Part shown: positions 25,301 to 39,000 of the stretch, in pieces | Numbering within the stretch: the stretch's first letter is position 1 | Layout of the letters: each line of letters begins with the position of its first letter | Origin: Dimorphilus gyrociliatus | Taxonomy: Eukaryota; Animalia; Annelida | DNA: 64,000 bases | Assembly (NCBI GenBank): GCA_904063045.1 | Contig: CAJFCJ010000019.1 | Location: 1,875,700-1,939,699 of the forward strand | Direction of reading: 5' to 3' | The notes under the pieces: generated by a model | What the model saw: the letters and a program-made list of their open reading frames with translations, nothing else | What the model was told of the DNA's origin: nothing | Database searches by the model: none | Translations under genes and position numbers: made by a program

Positions 25301-25406
25301 CAACATCTTGACCGCTCAGAATAGAATTGATTTCCAAAACAAAAGTGTCTGTATTTTCATTGAAACTATTTAAAAAGACGAAATAAACTATACAAGAAAC
25401 AATCAT
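22348..25406 (-). pseudogene. Copy D: internally deleted, frameshifted pseudogene of the giant mosaic family (closest to copy B)
   Basis: The N-terminus INSILSGQDVVLE...LKSLSIEAGVRLTFSS matches B's INSLLDGQDLILD...LKSLVIKAGARVTFST, and several intron positions are shared with B. Lesions: a frameshift near 24850, an in-frame TAA at 24466-24468, jumps from the first CUB-like region to TGIEVYGKL and from the second supermodule directly to QPGLYEIVVNAIDNGVP (cadherin), and a further frameshift in the stalk near 22660. A TM is retained. Confidence 0.85.
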
Positions 25407-25659
25407 TTTATTCTTAATGATCTAGTAAAACGAAGAAAATATTTGAAACTGAACTCGAAGAAACGGCGAGCCTATTAACATACTGTATAAACTCCTTATT
25501 TATTATTATTGTCGTTGAGATTTCTTCCTTCTATATTACATTCAAATCTTTAATGTTATCGTAAATCATCTAGATAATTTGTAGGCAGAACATTCTTAGT
25601 AATTTCTCTCTCTCTCTCTCTATAGATAATGAAAGATGAGTTTTTATCGAGTCTTTGAT

Positions 25660-26480
25660 CGATAATTGATGTAAAACTGATGGAAAAATAAATACAAAAT
25701 AACTCTTTTGAATGAAATTTTATTGATGAGTATTGTATAACGTGTAAACATTTTAAGCAGACGATTTAATCAAATAACTAAATATGGCTTATTTGTATCA
25801 TTAATAAGAAGGCATACTGGAAGTATAGAAATAAAAGATAAAAGAGAGGCTGATATCATTAAATGAAATTCCAGTCGATAGTGTTTCCTTGTTTCAGGAT
25901 TGATGTTCTTTGAAAAATGAATAATAATTGCAAGTATTAAAATTCCTGTTAGTACGGAGAAAACAATTAATTATGTAATGGAAGAGAAAACGAAACTATC
26001 TACTAAATTCTTACCTGACAAACAATACAAACTGCTTATTAAAACCTTTAAATTACTCTTTTTAACATAGATTCTCGATTGAATTAATAATATAGTAAGA
26101 AAAAGCAAAAGCATTAATAGACTTGTAGTAGTATAGTTCAGTATATAATAATAAATTAACCATGATTGAGATTTCGCAGAATTGTAATGACCGTTATAAA
26201 AATCTTTCGAAAAATGAGAACAATTCTTCTTTAATCCTGATTTAATTGTATTTTCATTAGATTTATAGATAAACCACGTTTTAAGAAGTCCCGTAATATA
26301 AAATATCATTGTCAAGAGCCACATACCAAAAAGGAAAAATTTCTTAAATATATGATTATTCATTTTGAATGATTAATTCTCACTTCACGTAGTGTAATTA
26401 ATTAATAAGCTTCTGTAGCACAGACTTGATACTAAACAGTCTTGTTTAAGTAGAGAAAATACGCCCACCGTCAGCCGTAA
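25660..26480 (-). pseudogene. Degenerate multi-pass membrane protein, possibly a rhodopsin-class GPCR remnant
   Basis: The 130-aa ORF has three hydrophobic segments, a Cys before the putative TM3 and QSRIYV at a DRY-like position. Reading through TAA at 25971 gives further TM-like stretches (LIVFSVLTGILILAIII; LMISASLLSFISILPVCLLI) with more stops. The family call is weak. Confidence 0.3.
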
Positions 26481-27059
26481 GCCTATGTGAAGATAATAAT
26501 TATCTTTAATTGGTTCAGTACTAGATAATTATTACTCTGCTTTAAAGATAATAAAAATCTGCTAAATATACATTTTTTCCAAAAATTACTAACTAAATCT
26601 CTATAATAAGTAAAGCATAAATAAGATAAATAAGAATTTAGAACGAGAGATATCAAGATATCTCTTTGATAAAAGAATTAAAAATCATTTAAAGTGTTAG
26701 ATTTTATCTATATATTATCTCCTTCTTATTATATTCTTTAAACTTTTAATAAACTTAAAATAAAGTACGAAAAGAGAGAATCTCTTCCTAATTCTATAAA
26801 TAGATATAGTTCCACTCAATTTTTATTTTATTTCACATAGAAGAAGGAAAGTTTTAAAGCTCTCGTATTTTCTTGAAATGTTCAAGCTCTCTTCAAAATA
26901 TTCCTATTTTCTTTTCTTCAAGTTTATTTACATTTTGTATTTTTTTTTATAAAGAAAAAGCACAACACATTACTAGTATATAAGAAACTATTATATAAGC
27001 CCTCACTTATATATATATGTATAGCTCTTTTATCATTGAGAGGGAAGATATTAACAACG

Positions 27060-30000
27060 ATGAGGAATAGTTTTAAATGTTCTCAAACTGTTTTTATTGT
27101 ATTCTATATCATTCTAATAAAAATAAATGGATTTGAGATTAATAGTTTGTTAGATGGGCAAGATTTGATTCTTGATAATATGGATTATGATATAATTGGT
27201 TTTGTTAATCTGAAATCTTTAGTAATAAAAGCTGGAGCTAGAGTGACGTTCTCTACGGAAAACAGTAAAATTCTCATTCGAAATGGTCAAGTGAAAATTG
27301 ATGGAAAACAAGATAATCCTATATATTTTGATATAAATATTACTAATTTGAATAAATCAAATAGTAGGGTACAAATGAGATATGGCACTGGATATTACTT
27401 GGAAATGCTTAATAGTAATAAAGCATTTGTTAAGATATGTCATGATTTGAATATTGAAAAACAGCTTAGCCAAGTAAAAAATTACAATAAGATTATTAAA
27501 TAATTCTTTACTAATCATCCTTCCTATGATTTTTATAGTATACATGCAACTATGCAGGATTTCATATGAAGCATTACGAACCTTTAACTAGACTTTACAA
27601 AAATGATTGTTCGAGTTTAAAATGTCCAGAAGGTTTTAAAGATATTTCATCTTGTACAATTGATGGTAGGAAATCTAGGTAATAAACTAGCTTTTAGACT
27701 AGTTAATTTATCATACTACAGGGAATATTCAACAAGATTATATTGCTTTCTATACTTGTTATGGGGAACCATTGAAAAATGGTATTATTATTCACGACTC
27801 TTCAAATGTTGAAATATCTCATTTAAATAGTAACGGAGCCGCAATTCATATCGTTGATTCTGTTATTGAGACATTAAAGTATTGAATTTCTCTTTTTATA
27901 CATAGTATAATTCCATCTGAATTCATCAAGAAATAATATTTCTCTAGCTATATTCGAGTTAAAGAAATTCAAGAATCTGATCCTGCACTCTTCCTATTCC
28001 ATCCACAAATAGAGAAGAATAAACAAATTAATAATATTAACATCGAGGATAATTTGGCTAATGGCTTAGTTATCGACTCTTCGGAAAGAACTGCTATTCA
28101 TTCTTTATATGCAAGAAGTAATATTTTAAAGTTTAAAAATTTTCTCTAATCTAATCTAATATTATTACAAGATAATAGCAAATCTGGTTCAATAATAAGG
28201 TCAACGAGGTCATATTTAAGAAATCTCAAAGATCCTGTAGATGCATGCTTCATTAAATGTACTAATTGTACCGAAGAAGATATAGAATTCCCTATTGTGT
28301 TGTATACGATAAAAGGATGCGATAAATTTGACAAAAAGGTATTTTTGCTATACAATAAAAAAGATTTACTATATTTTCTTTATTTAACAGACGTTTACTG
28401 CTAAAAATGGGAAAGTTTTTATGATTAAATCGTACAATATAACAAAGCATCCACACCAAATTAAAGATGGATCTAATAGTCAAATCTTGCGATTTGGTGT
28501 TTCTCATAATTCTCATTATGAAAGTAAGAGTAATTCAATTGAAGTATATTTCATCAACAACTACAATACAAATGAGGCAACTTTTCTCCTAATAGATGTA
28601 GTAGAACCAGGTCTGTTACTTTCAATATAATTAAAGTTTCACTAGCTTCAATTACATAAAACATCTATAGGGTCAACGATATCTAAAATAACGAATTCTG
28701 CCTTTGAAGAAAACTATAACGGACTTGAAATAATAAATAATTTCCATTCCTTAGAAATGAATAATATTCAAGCAATCAACAATCTACAAATTGGTATTTC
28801 TATTAGTTTGCTACCAAAATACATAGGCCTAAGTGAAGTTCAAGCAAGAAACAATACAATTGGTATAAAATTAAATGAGAAAGGTGATATAATCAAAATG
28901 GAACGGAATGATATACAGTCTAATTCAAAACTAGGAGTATTCATAATCGATTATAATTCCGAATGTTTAGTTAATTTTTCAGCTAATAAGATATTAGAAC
29001 ATATAACAGGCACTGGCTTATATATTCAATCTTATTGTGATATCTTTATTAATTTTAATGAATTTTTTAATAACAAAGTTTCTATTGATATTAAATCATA
29101 TAATTTGGAGATTAGCGACAATACTTTAAGATCAATATTGAGCTACTGGAATTATTATGTAATTGTTCAAATTAGAGGAACAATTAATATAAATCGGAAT
29201 AGGATTGAAAATTCAACAGGAAGTTTCCTATTCATCAATCGTATATCCAATCCTTCAGTTGACATTCGTAATAATTCTCTTATAAATTGTACATCTTATC
29301 AGACAATTATTCAAGTAAAGTTTGGAAATCATGGAAAAACAAGGATAATTGGTAATGAATTTATTGATAATAAACCGGTAAAAGATATAGATAGTCAAAA
29401 TTTTCACTTTTTCCCCGATTTTGTATCAAGTATCTTGAAAATCTCTTCCACAACCAATCTGCAAATTTATGACAATATTTTTCATAATCCAAAATTTTCG
29501 TATGAATTAATTTTACAATCGCCTCGCTATGATATTGTCAATGTTTCTGGTAATTTTTGGGGGGATTTTAATCCTTGGACCAGAATCATTGGATATCATT
29601 TTGCCTATCATCATCAACCTGTTCTAATAGAAACTCAATTTTCTGATATTCAACGAACTACTCTAAAAGAGGTATCGTTTCCTTGGTTAAATAATGATAA
29701 ATTTCTTATTGGAGATTTGAGTGGAGAAGTTACCATTAAATCAGGGAAATACATTCTTCTCGGACCTGTTAGATTATTAAATGATTGCTCCTTAACAATT
29801 GAAGATAACGTTGAAATTGAAGCTAGACCATACTCTGGAATAGAAGTTTACGGAAGGCTGGATATTAAGGGATCTAATCATGGAAGCATTCAGATAAAAA
29901 TGAATAATTCGATGAAAAATGAGCAAGTTTCTCTAAAAGCAATATCATTAAATGAAGAAGTAGTTGAAATTCAATTCAATTCAACATCATACGGTATATG

Positions 30001-33000
30001 CTATGTTGATAATGACATTACCTTGTACAATGCACTATGCTTAACTATGGGATTTTATAATTATTCATCCATTTCATATAGATATTCCAATAGTGGGGAA
30101 TCAATGATAGTTTTGAATTGTCCTACTGTCTACTACGAAACTTGTACTAAGGAAATTAAACATTGTCAAAAATCTTTAAAATTGAAGTGCAATGTACCAA
30201 ACTGGGGAGGAGTTGCATACTTAATTGGATCTGAGCCAAGTAGGATAGCTGGCTTACGCATTGAAAATGCCGGTTTATTTAACTATGATCTTTACTTTGA
30301 GCAAATGCAACAAATGTTGGAAAATGTTGAAATCATATCAACTAGTAAATATAGCATAATTAGTCCATGGGGTCAAGTTCATGATGAAGTTATTTTAAAA
30401 AATACGAAAATATCAAAGAGATACCTTAGCTATACTAACGAGATTTTGATAAGAGCACCAAGAACAACAATTGAAGATTGTACATTTAATATTGAAGTTG
30501 TAAATCTTCAATACATACGAATGCCATTGTTACCTGATACAAATTTCCTTGGCTTCAGCCTAGCTATATCTCAGGCAAAAACTTATCCAGAGAATATAGT
30601 AAACGTTCAAGGAAAATTAGTATTTCTTATTAAAGACTTTTATAGCAGTAAAAACTATGAAATAGAATTTCGAAGTTCAAAAAGGATTTATTTAAATATT
30701 AAGATATTTACAAACTCGATGCTGAAGATATCTGATGGACAAACTACAATTAATATTGAAAATACCTATAGTGAATATTCTTATTATGAAAAAGCTATTT
30801 TACATCTTTCATTAGTTAAATTTTGTAAAGTAGTTATAACTGAAGATCTTCTACAGAGTAAGTATATTCATAAATTTCAATATTCAGAGATACATGTACT
30901 ATACTGTATATTCAATCTTTTCTTTAAATACAGGCAATGATTTAAGTATACCAAAACCAAATTTTACTGTTAAACATTCATTTTTAAAGGCAAATTTACT
31001 AATAATTGAAGAATATCATCCATCCAATAAATTAAATATCGATTTAATCAATGTTACATTTTCATCTTCTGGACTAACTGTTAAAGTTGTTGAACTACAT
31101 CAATTTATCAGTTTGAATTTGGAAAATTGTACTTTTGAACAAAAAGATATTGCCTTAAGCATTCCATATGTAAATATCTATAATTTATCGTTATCGATGA
31201 AATATTCAAAATTTATAGAAGTCGATAGGTTTCTTGAATTTCATGGCTTTGTAGAGTCTATATCAATGACTATTCTTAATAATTTATTCGATTCTATTCA
31301 AAATGATTATAATTTAATATTTTTGCCAAGACAAAGATATTTAAATGATCCGACTAACTTATTTACAATGGACATTCGAAACAATACATTCTCAAATATT
31401 AAATGCTATTCTAATAAGCATAATATAATAAACATTGATAACTATTATCGGCTGGATATATTTTGGAATACATTCAATTCAATTCAAGGTTGTAAATCAG
31501 TGATTTTTATTCAGAGTAACAAAGGACCTCTACAAATAGTAAGCAATATAATGAAAGATATTCAAAATGTGAACTTTGGTATTCTATTAGAATCGGATTA
31601 TCATATTCAAAAACTAAATAAATCTATTGCAATTCATGAAAATACGTTTCATAATCTTATTACAAAATTCAATGTTGTTAAGATGAATATTTATGAAGGT
31701 TTTATACAATTTCAACAAAATGTTATAAATAACTGTTCTGCACCTGATAGTCTGATTCATTTTACCAATACTGGTAAATTTCAATTAAAGAAAACCTTTT
31801 CAAATAATCAGATTACTTTAAATAACGCAAAATATAGTTTAAAACTTGATGGACAATATATTCCCGAAATCTTTCAAAATGTTTTCAGTAATGACGAAGT
31901 AGACTATGAAATTAGATTGAATATTGTTTGCTATCCGCTGAAAGATGAAAACTGCCAACGTAATGCTACTCATAACTTTTTCAAATCAACTAATCCTTAT
32001 GAGAGAATTTACGACGGCCGTTTGAACGGGTTTCTTTCTACTTTGAAATTATCTCCGTCGTACTTAAATATTGAAATGACAGAAGAAGAAGACTATAATT
32101 GGCCAATGAGGAAAAAATCCGTTTTGCAGGGATTTTATTCAGAATCTTTAGAAATAAATGATAATGTCGATATATTAAGAAATACAGTTATTAACGGTGA
32201 TTTGAAGATAACAATAACGAAGAATATAATAGTTAGCTTTAAAAATTGTTCAATATTAATGATATATGGGGATCTTATTATTGAAAAGAGTCCAGAATTT
32301 CATATTCAATTCTCTAAATTCATTAACGGCAAAATATTCAGACTAAGCGAAGGATATTTAAAAGTCTATGAAAACGATTCATGGTTTTATATAAGTTTTC
32401 CTTCCTTACCAACTAAGCGTTACATTTTTGAAGGAAATCTCATATGTAAGGCCCTTTGCCTGGGAGAATGGTCAGGTAAGCAATAGTCGGACTTATATCG
32501 TGTTTAAAAGTAAATAATATATGAAATTATTGCCCAGACAATTCTGTCAATTACTTAGAGAGACCAGAGAAAGAGTTGATACGATGGCAGTTGGATTGCG
32601 AAACCTCTGACAACTTTGAAAATTGTTCATTAAAGGAGCGGTCAGATAGGAATATTTTTCCAAATATACGTTGTAAGAAGTCGGCTCCCTGGCAAAGTCG
32701 TTTGATCATTTTTGGAGCGAATAGAGTTAGTAGTAACTTGCAGAATAGTAAATTTCATGGAGTTGAACTTTTACTTATAAATAGTAAAACACCAAATTTA
32801 GATAGTTCATCTTTTCTCGCCGTACATTCCGCTATAAGATTTTACGGAGGAGACGAAGATGATCAACTTAAAATCAAATACCTAAATATAACTCATTGTA
32901 CAAAATCCGGTATTGAACTATGGAACTCTTATAAGAGCATAGACATCTCCAATTCAGCATTTCACTATGCTACTAAATCTTTCGTAGTAAAAAATCTAGA

Positions 33001-36000
33001 TCTTAAAGATGTTAATGATATTGTAGGTTTTTCAACACCAATCAATTGTTTTTCACCTATATTCTTCTGTTCATTAAATTCTATTTTCGAATTGAACGAA
33101 AATGATTCTGTACTCTGGTTGGATTACGAATGGTTTCAAGAATATCAAAAATTAGGTTGTTCAGCAACTTTTAAAGCGAATGAAGAGAATATAATTCAAG
33201 TAAATGTGAAAATTAAGTTAAATTTTGGTAAAATATTTAGGCTATTTAACGAAGAAACAGGAGAAGAGATACAATATTTTCCAGTAAGTATATAAAAAAA
33301 GAAACGAATTTCTATAAAAGAATAAGGAATATTTTATCATTTTTTCTCCTTTTCTCTTTATCAAAGAATAAAGTTTTTACGACAGTGAATAAAATAATAA
33401 TTGAAGTATTAGAGGATTTGCATAAGGCATCAAACGATCATTGGATATTACTTTTAAAATCTGTTAAACCAGATCGTAAGTTAATTTTTAAAATTCTTTA
33501 ATTCTTTTTACATCAAATTTCAATAATCTACAGATGACAGTTGTGACTTTGAAACACCTATCTGCAATTGGAAGAATCATTACTTAGCATTTGAAAATAT
33601 CTTCAAACCTTTCTTGGTTGTCTCTTCAACAGATCCTACTTCTGTTTTCGCTTTAAAATCGGATGCTAATTTTTTAGGTATGAATGGTCATTATCTTCTA
33701 CTGAAAGGTAATGGACATAGTTGTTCAAGTTATCCAGTACCGGAAGGATCAGCGGTCTTAGTTAGTAGAATAATAAAGCCTGAAGATGATATTTGTCATG
33801 TCTACTTTCATGCCTACAAAGCAAATGCGCCACATACTATGAACATAAAAGTTGTAGTAAGTATTGATGGAAAATTAAGGAATATAGGTACTTTTGAATT
33901 GACTAGAACATGGACAAGATATAAAGCATCTACAGAATCCATTAAAAATCAAACATTTCAAATAATGATCCATGCAGTTTATAGTAGAAGGTGTGAAACT
34001 ATAACTGGAATTGATCGTATTTCACTAAGATCTTGTCAAAAGATTGTCAAACCTATACAGTTAAATTTTCATGATAATTTGTTTGAAAATTCAATCGAAA
34101 ATTCTATTAATATCTATAATACTCTTAATTCTAATTTTAATATCATTCGTCTAGAAAATTTACGATTTATTCATACGAATCCTAAAATTAATCATCTCAT
34201 CAAGATATCAATATTAAAAAGTAATATCGTCATACGCCGAATGAAAATTCACAACTTACAAAAGGCAACTGCAATTCAAATTCAATTTCATAAATCTCAA
34301 ATATTGGTAAATCCTTCAAAATTGATTTGTAGTAATATTATTTTTGAAGATATATTCGATTCAATTCTAATACAATTAAAAAATGAAGACAAAGAGAATT
34401 TATTAAGCATCTTGGAAAATATTCAAGTGAGAAATTCTCATTCAAGCAGCTATTTAATGATTCTAGAAAACTCTAATATTGAATTTAAAAATAATTTTAT
34501 ATACAACTCTAGAATTAAAAAAGGAATCATTCTAACTAAATCCGAAAGTTCTTTTGTGAATATTTCATCCAATGTATTCCTATTTAACAAACCTTCAAAT
34601 TACTATTATGCAGTCAATTTACATTTGAATTCAACATATTTTGCAGTCTCTAACAATGTTTTCATTAATCCACATTTAACTTATGAAATTTCTACAAATG
34701 TTAAAACATCTGCATCCAAAATGGCAAACTGTATGAACAATTGGTGGGGAACAACAGATATTTCACTAGTAGATAAAAAATTATATGATGGTAGAAAACA
34801 ATCATCAGTAGTAACTTTAACGTTTCAACCTCTTTCTCAGACGCAACCAACTCATTTTATCTCATCGACTAGTTGCTTACCAGGATGGAGATATATTGAT
34901 GGTAATTGTTACTTCCTCTATTCTGGTATTGGCAAAAGAGAGGAAGCACAAAACTGGTGTATCTCCCATTCAGCGTATTTAGTGAAAAAGGAAACTCTTC
35001 ATTCCCAAGAATCAATTCAAAACCTACTATCGTTTACCGAATTGAATGGTAGTCTTGGACTAAATGATATATGGACCAGTGACGATCTAATTAGTAATAG
35101 CGGAATGAATGACTCACTAAAGCCATGGTTATGTTCTAAAACTGGATCAGGACTTTGCATTGACAACTGCAACGGTAAAGGAAGATGCTTTGGATCGAAA
35201 TGCTTATGTGTTCCTGGATGGAAAGGTAAATCTTGCCTCGAGTTCTCCTGTAGAGAAGTGTCGGAATGCTCTAGTAGAGGAGAATGTATCGGCCCTAATA
35301 TTTGCAAATGTAGCCAAGGATGGGAAGGAAAAAACTGTGCAAGATCAAAATGCCCAAGATATCTATCTTGTCAACAGTGTACAAAACACGAAGGATGCGG
35401 TTGGTGTGATTCGAGGCAAAAGTGTATGCCAGGCTCTCCAACTAAACCTTACGGAAACTGCACCAATTGGTTTTACAGAGAGTGTATTAGTTTAGCACCT
35501 AGTAGATGTTCAAAAGAAATCAAGATAATTGATTGTGATAAATATCAATGCTCTACACGCAGATATATATCGAAAGGTTTATGCCAGCAATGTCGAGATT
35601 TGGAAGTTTGTTTTACAAATTCAACTTGTCGTACATGGATTGAAAAAATTTGTATAAATGGCTATCCAAGACCAGACCTACTTGATCCTAACCGATTCAC
35701 TGCAACGGAAATAAAAGATAACGTGGTTCTTGTAAAAAATACAACCAAGATTTATAAATGTATTGGGAGAGAGCAAATAAAAGACATGAACAACAAGATA
35801 TACGAAATATTGATTGTTCCTTCTAAAAAGGTCAAATATCAAATAGGCGTTATCTTATTGAGCAGTCAATCGGGAGGTATTGTTCATCTTATCGTCGATT
35901 CAAGACAATCCTTGGCTAACTATACAATTTACCTTACTAAAATAAGTGATCCGATAAACGTACTTAAGTACGCTCATTTCAAAACTAAAGGAAGATTTCA

Positions 36001-39000
36001 ATATCATAAAAATCCAAGAGCAATAGATTCTTTTCCTCGTCTCGAAAAAGTTCGAAAATTTACAAAATCCAACCAAAACTATGTGGATATGGGTACAAAT
36101 GAATTTTTTAAATGCTCCGGTCAAGGATACTCTTATCGCGATGAAACAGTATGGTCTCATTTTATAATAACCAAATATCAGAATTACAAAGTTGGAGATG
36201 TTTTATACGGCAATAGATCAAGAGGTTTTCTCGAAAGTGTCTTGCGAACCGGTCAGAATCGCGAGGATTTATTCGTAGAGACAGAACTTTCTGATTGTTC
36301 TCGAATGTTGAAACCTAATCAAATAGATTTAGATACCATTATCAACCTAAAATCAGATTTAGAGTGTCAAAGTATGGATGGTATACCTTCTCTCCATTAC
36401 TTGGAGAGGGAGAAAATTGGTAAACCAATACACGAAAATGATATTATTGTTGGTCGATCTTCGTTACCAGTTCTCGGATTCATTATCAATATTACGATAT
36501 TCACAAATGAATGGAATTTTGTGGAAGTTATCAATTTGGAAACTATTTCTAAAGATTTAAAGGTTAATGACGTGAAAATCGAAGAGATTAACTTATTACC
36601 AAGAAATAAACAATATTCAACTATTAACGATAAATTTAATGAAGTACAATCAACGCAATCAAATATCAGAGTAAGCTTTTCTTTTATCTTATTGTATTTT
36701 ATACAAATTTTTGTTGAACAGTTAGAAAACGATACAGGAAATGTGAATATAAATTCTCTAATTTCGATCAGTGCAGAACCTCTATTTGAGCTAAAAATAT
36801 CACCTCAGAAATTTTATCTGGACCATTTTAGAGTGTCTATAATAGGGAAAGTAAACTTTCAGGTTGATACAGATGTTAATGTTGCAAAGTCAGTTAAAAA
36901 CTTTACAATCTTTCAAAGAGATACGCATCTTTTACATTTAGAGAAAGATTTTCGAGTCAAAATAGCAGGCGTCTCCATACCTGGCTCTTTGGTCTTACAT
37001 CGTGTATCTTATGGACCAATCTTTTTTAATTCAGCTAGAAGTGTCCAATCGACATCTTCAACTGTTTTTAATATCAATTTCGATATTGGGGCAACTTTGA
37101 GTAAGGAAACAGATATTATTAGAAGTGGAGAAGGACTTACAGCTAGTATAAAAGATTCTAAAATCAGTGGATCGTGGTTGGGTATTTCTAATATTGAAAG
37201 CTTTCTTGATATTGGATTTTCAATTCGGTGGCCATATTGGCCAGATCAGAAGAATGTAATTTCAAAGGATGATCTTGATACAACAATCAATCACGATTCT
37301 ATCTATAATTGGTTGAAAGGTATAGTCTAGATAATCAGAAAACTAAATCTTATTTAAAACTCTCTTATCAGAGAAGCAAATTGACATAAGAAGAAAAACG
37401 ACGGGAAAATTAATTAAAGATAAGGAATTGTATGTAATTGGAGTTTACGAGCTTCAACAACAATTTTTACAAAGATTCGGATACTGCGATAGCCATAGAT
37501 GTACAGATATTTCAAAACCCAATAGTGCAAGTAATACTAAATAAAGATATGATGTTTTCCTTTTCTCATATATTTGTATTTTGTTGTTTTTTTTTCAACT
37601 TTAAAGCGCTTTATCTAGGACAAACAAAATTTTATGGACAATTTAGCGTTGCCGGTTTATCAAAAAAATTCAATTATCCTTTAAAAGAAAAATTTAATGA
37701 ACTGGAAAGGTAAAAGTCGACTTTGAGCTGAAACCATTTCCTTAAAAGTCTTTTTAAAATATCTAGCCTTTGTTTAAGAAGATCAAGGACTTTTAGGCAT
37801 TTAGAGGGCTGTTGCCTCTGTACCGATAAATACGGTCTTATAAATTATGGAAGACTTGATCCGATTACTGGTGAGTGCATGTGTAGATGCTTTTGCAATG
37901 GTCCAAAAGCTCAAATAAGTTGGAAAACACAATTTCGGCCATGTCAATGCTGTCCTGATGGTTCCGCTATTAAGGATGGAGAGTCTACTTCATCATGCTT
38001 GTGCACATGCGAAGACGGAACTGTATCGACTCTGGGAAGGAACGGATGTATCTGTGAAAAGTGTGTGCCATGTTGGACAGGAGAGATACCAGTGCGTAGA
38101 CCAGATGGAATCTGTCAATGTCCCTCTACTTGCGGAATTAACAGTGTTTGCACGTCACAGAGAAAAGGTGACGATTGTAACCAACCATACTGTTTTCCAG
38201 ATCAAAGTTGTAGCAGTAATGGTAAGTGTACATTGTTCGAAGGTTGCCAAGCTCGATGTGTTTGCAATAGATTTTGGCAAGGACCAACTTGTAATTTTCG
38301 AAATCCTACACGAGGATCTGGAGATCCTCATCTTGAAACTCTTGATGGAAATTCTTATGATTTTTTCGATATTGGTCAATACTGGGGTTGCAGGACTCCA
38401 ACAATTGGATATCAATATAGATTTTTTGGTTTAAATGGAACGTCCTTCATTGGAGGAATGGCTATTCGTCTTGGCAATGTATCCGTACTTACAATCAACA
38501 CTTTACTTAAGAGTAGCTCAGCAGATCTCCCACTTTTAAGACTGGATGGAGATTATTTATCTAACATCACTATGAATAGTACATTTACATTCGATAATGT
38601 AACTATTCGTCTAGATATTTCATTAAAGAAAACCAATGTATATCATGATGATCCAACTATTTTAATTATTTCCATTAAATACTCAACAGGAGCATCGTTA
38701 TCAGTGGTGGTTTCGTACAGTAAGGCACTGAAGAGGCAATATTTAACATCAATTCTTATTGCTACTGCTGACATGATGAATAAAACGTCTGGATTGTGTG
38801 GTTTTATGAATGATAATGAAAATGACGATTTCAAAGGTCCATATGAACAGTTGTATTCTGACGCAAGAGCTTTTGCCAAATCATGGAAAATAAAATTTCC
38901 AACAAGATTAAATGGAGGAACAGCTGGATCCTGGTCGTGGACAGAGTCCAATTTCCATAAAGATGATTCCATGGATCTTTCATATTTTGATCCATCTCAT

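Noticed and set aside
25603-25622. (CT)n tract, and the poly-A/poly-G run at ~4516-4537
   Set aside because: These are ordinary short microsatellite/homopolymer runs.
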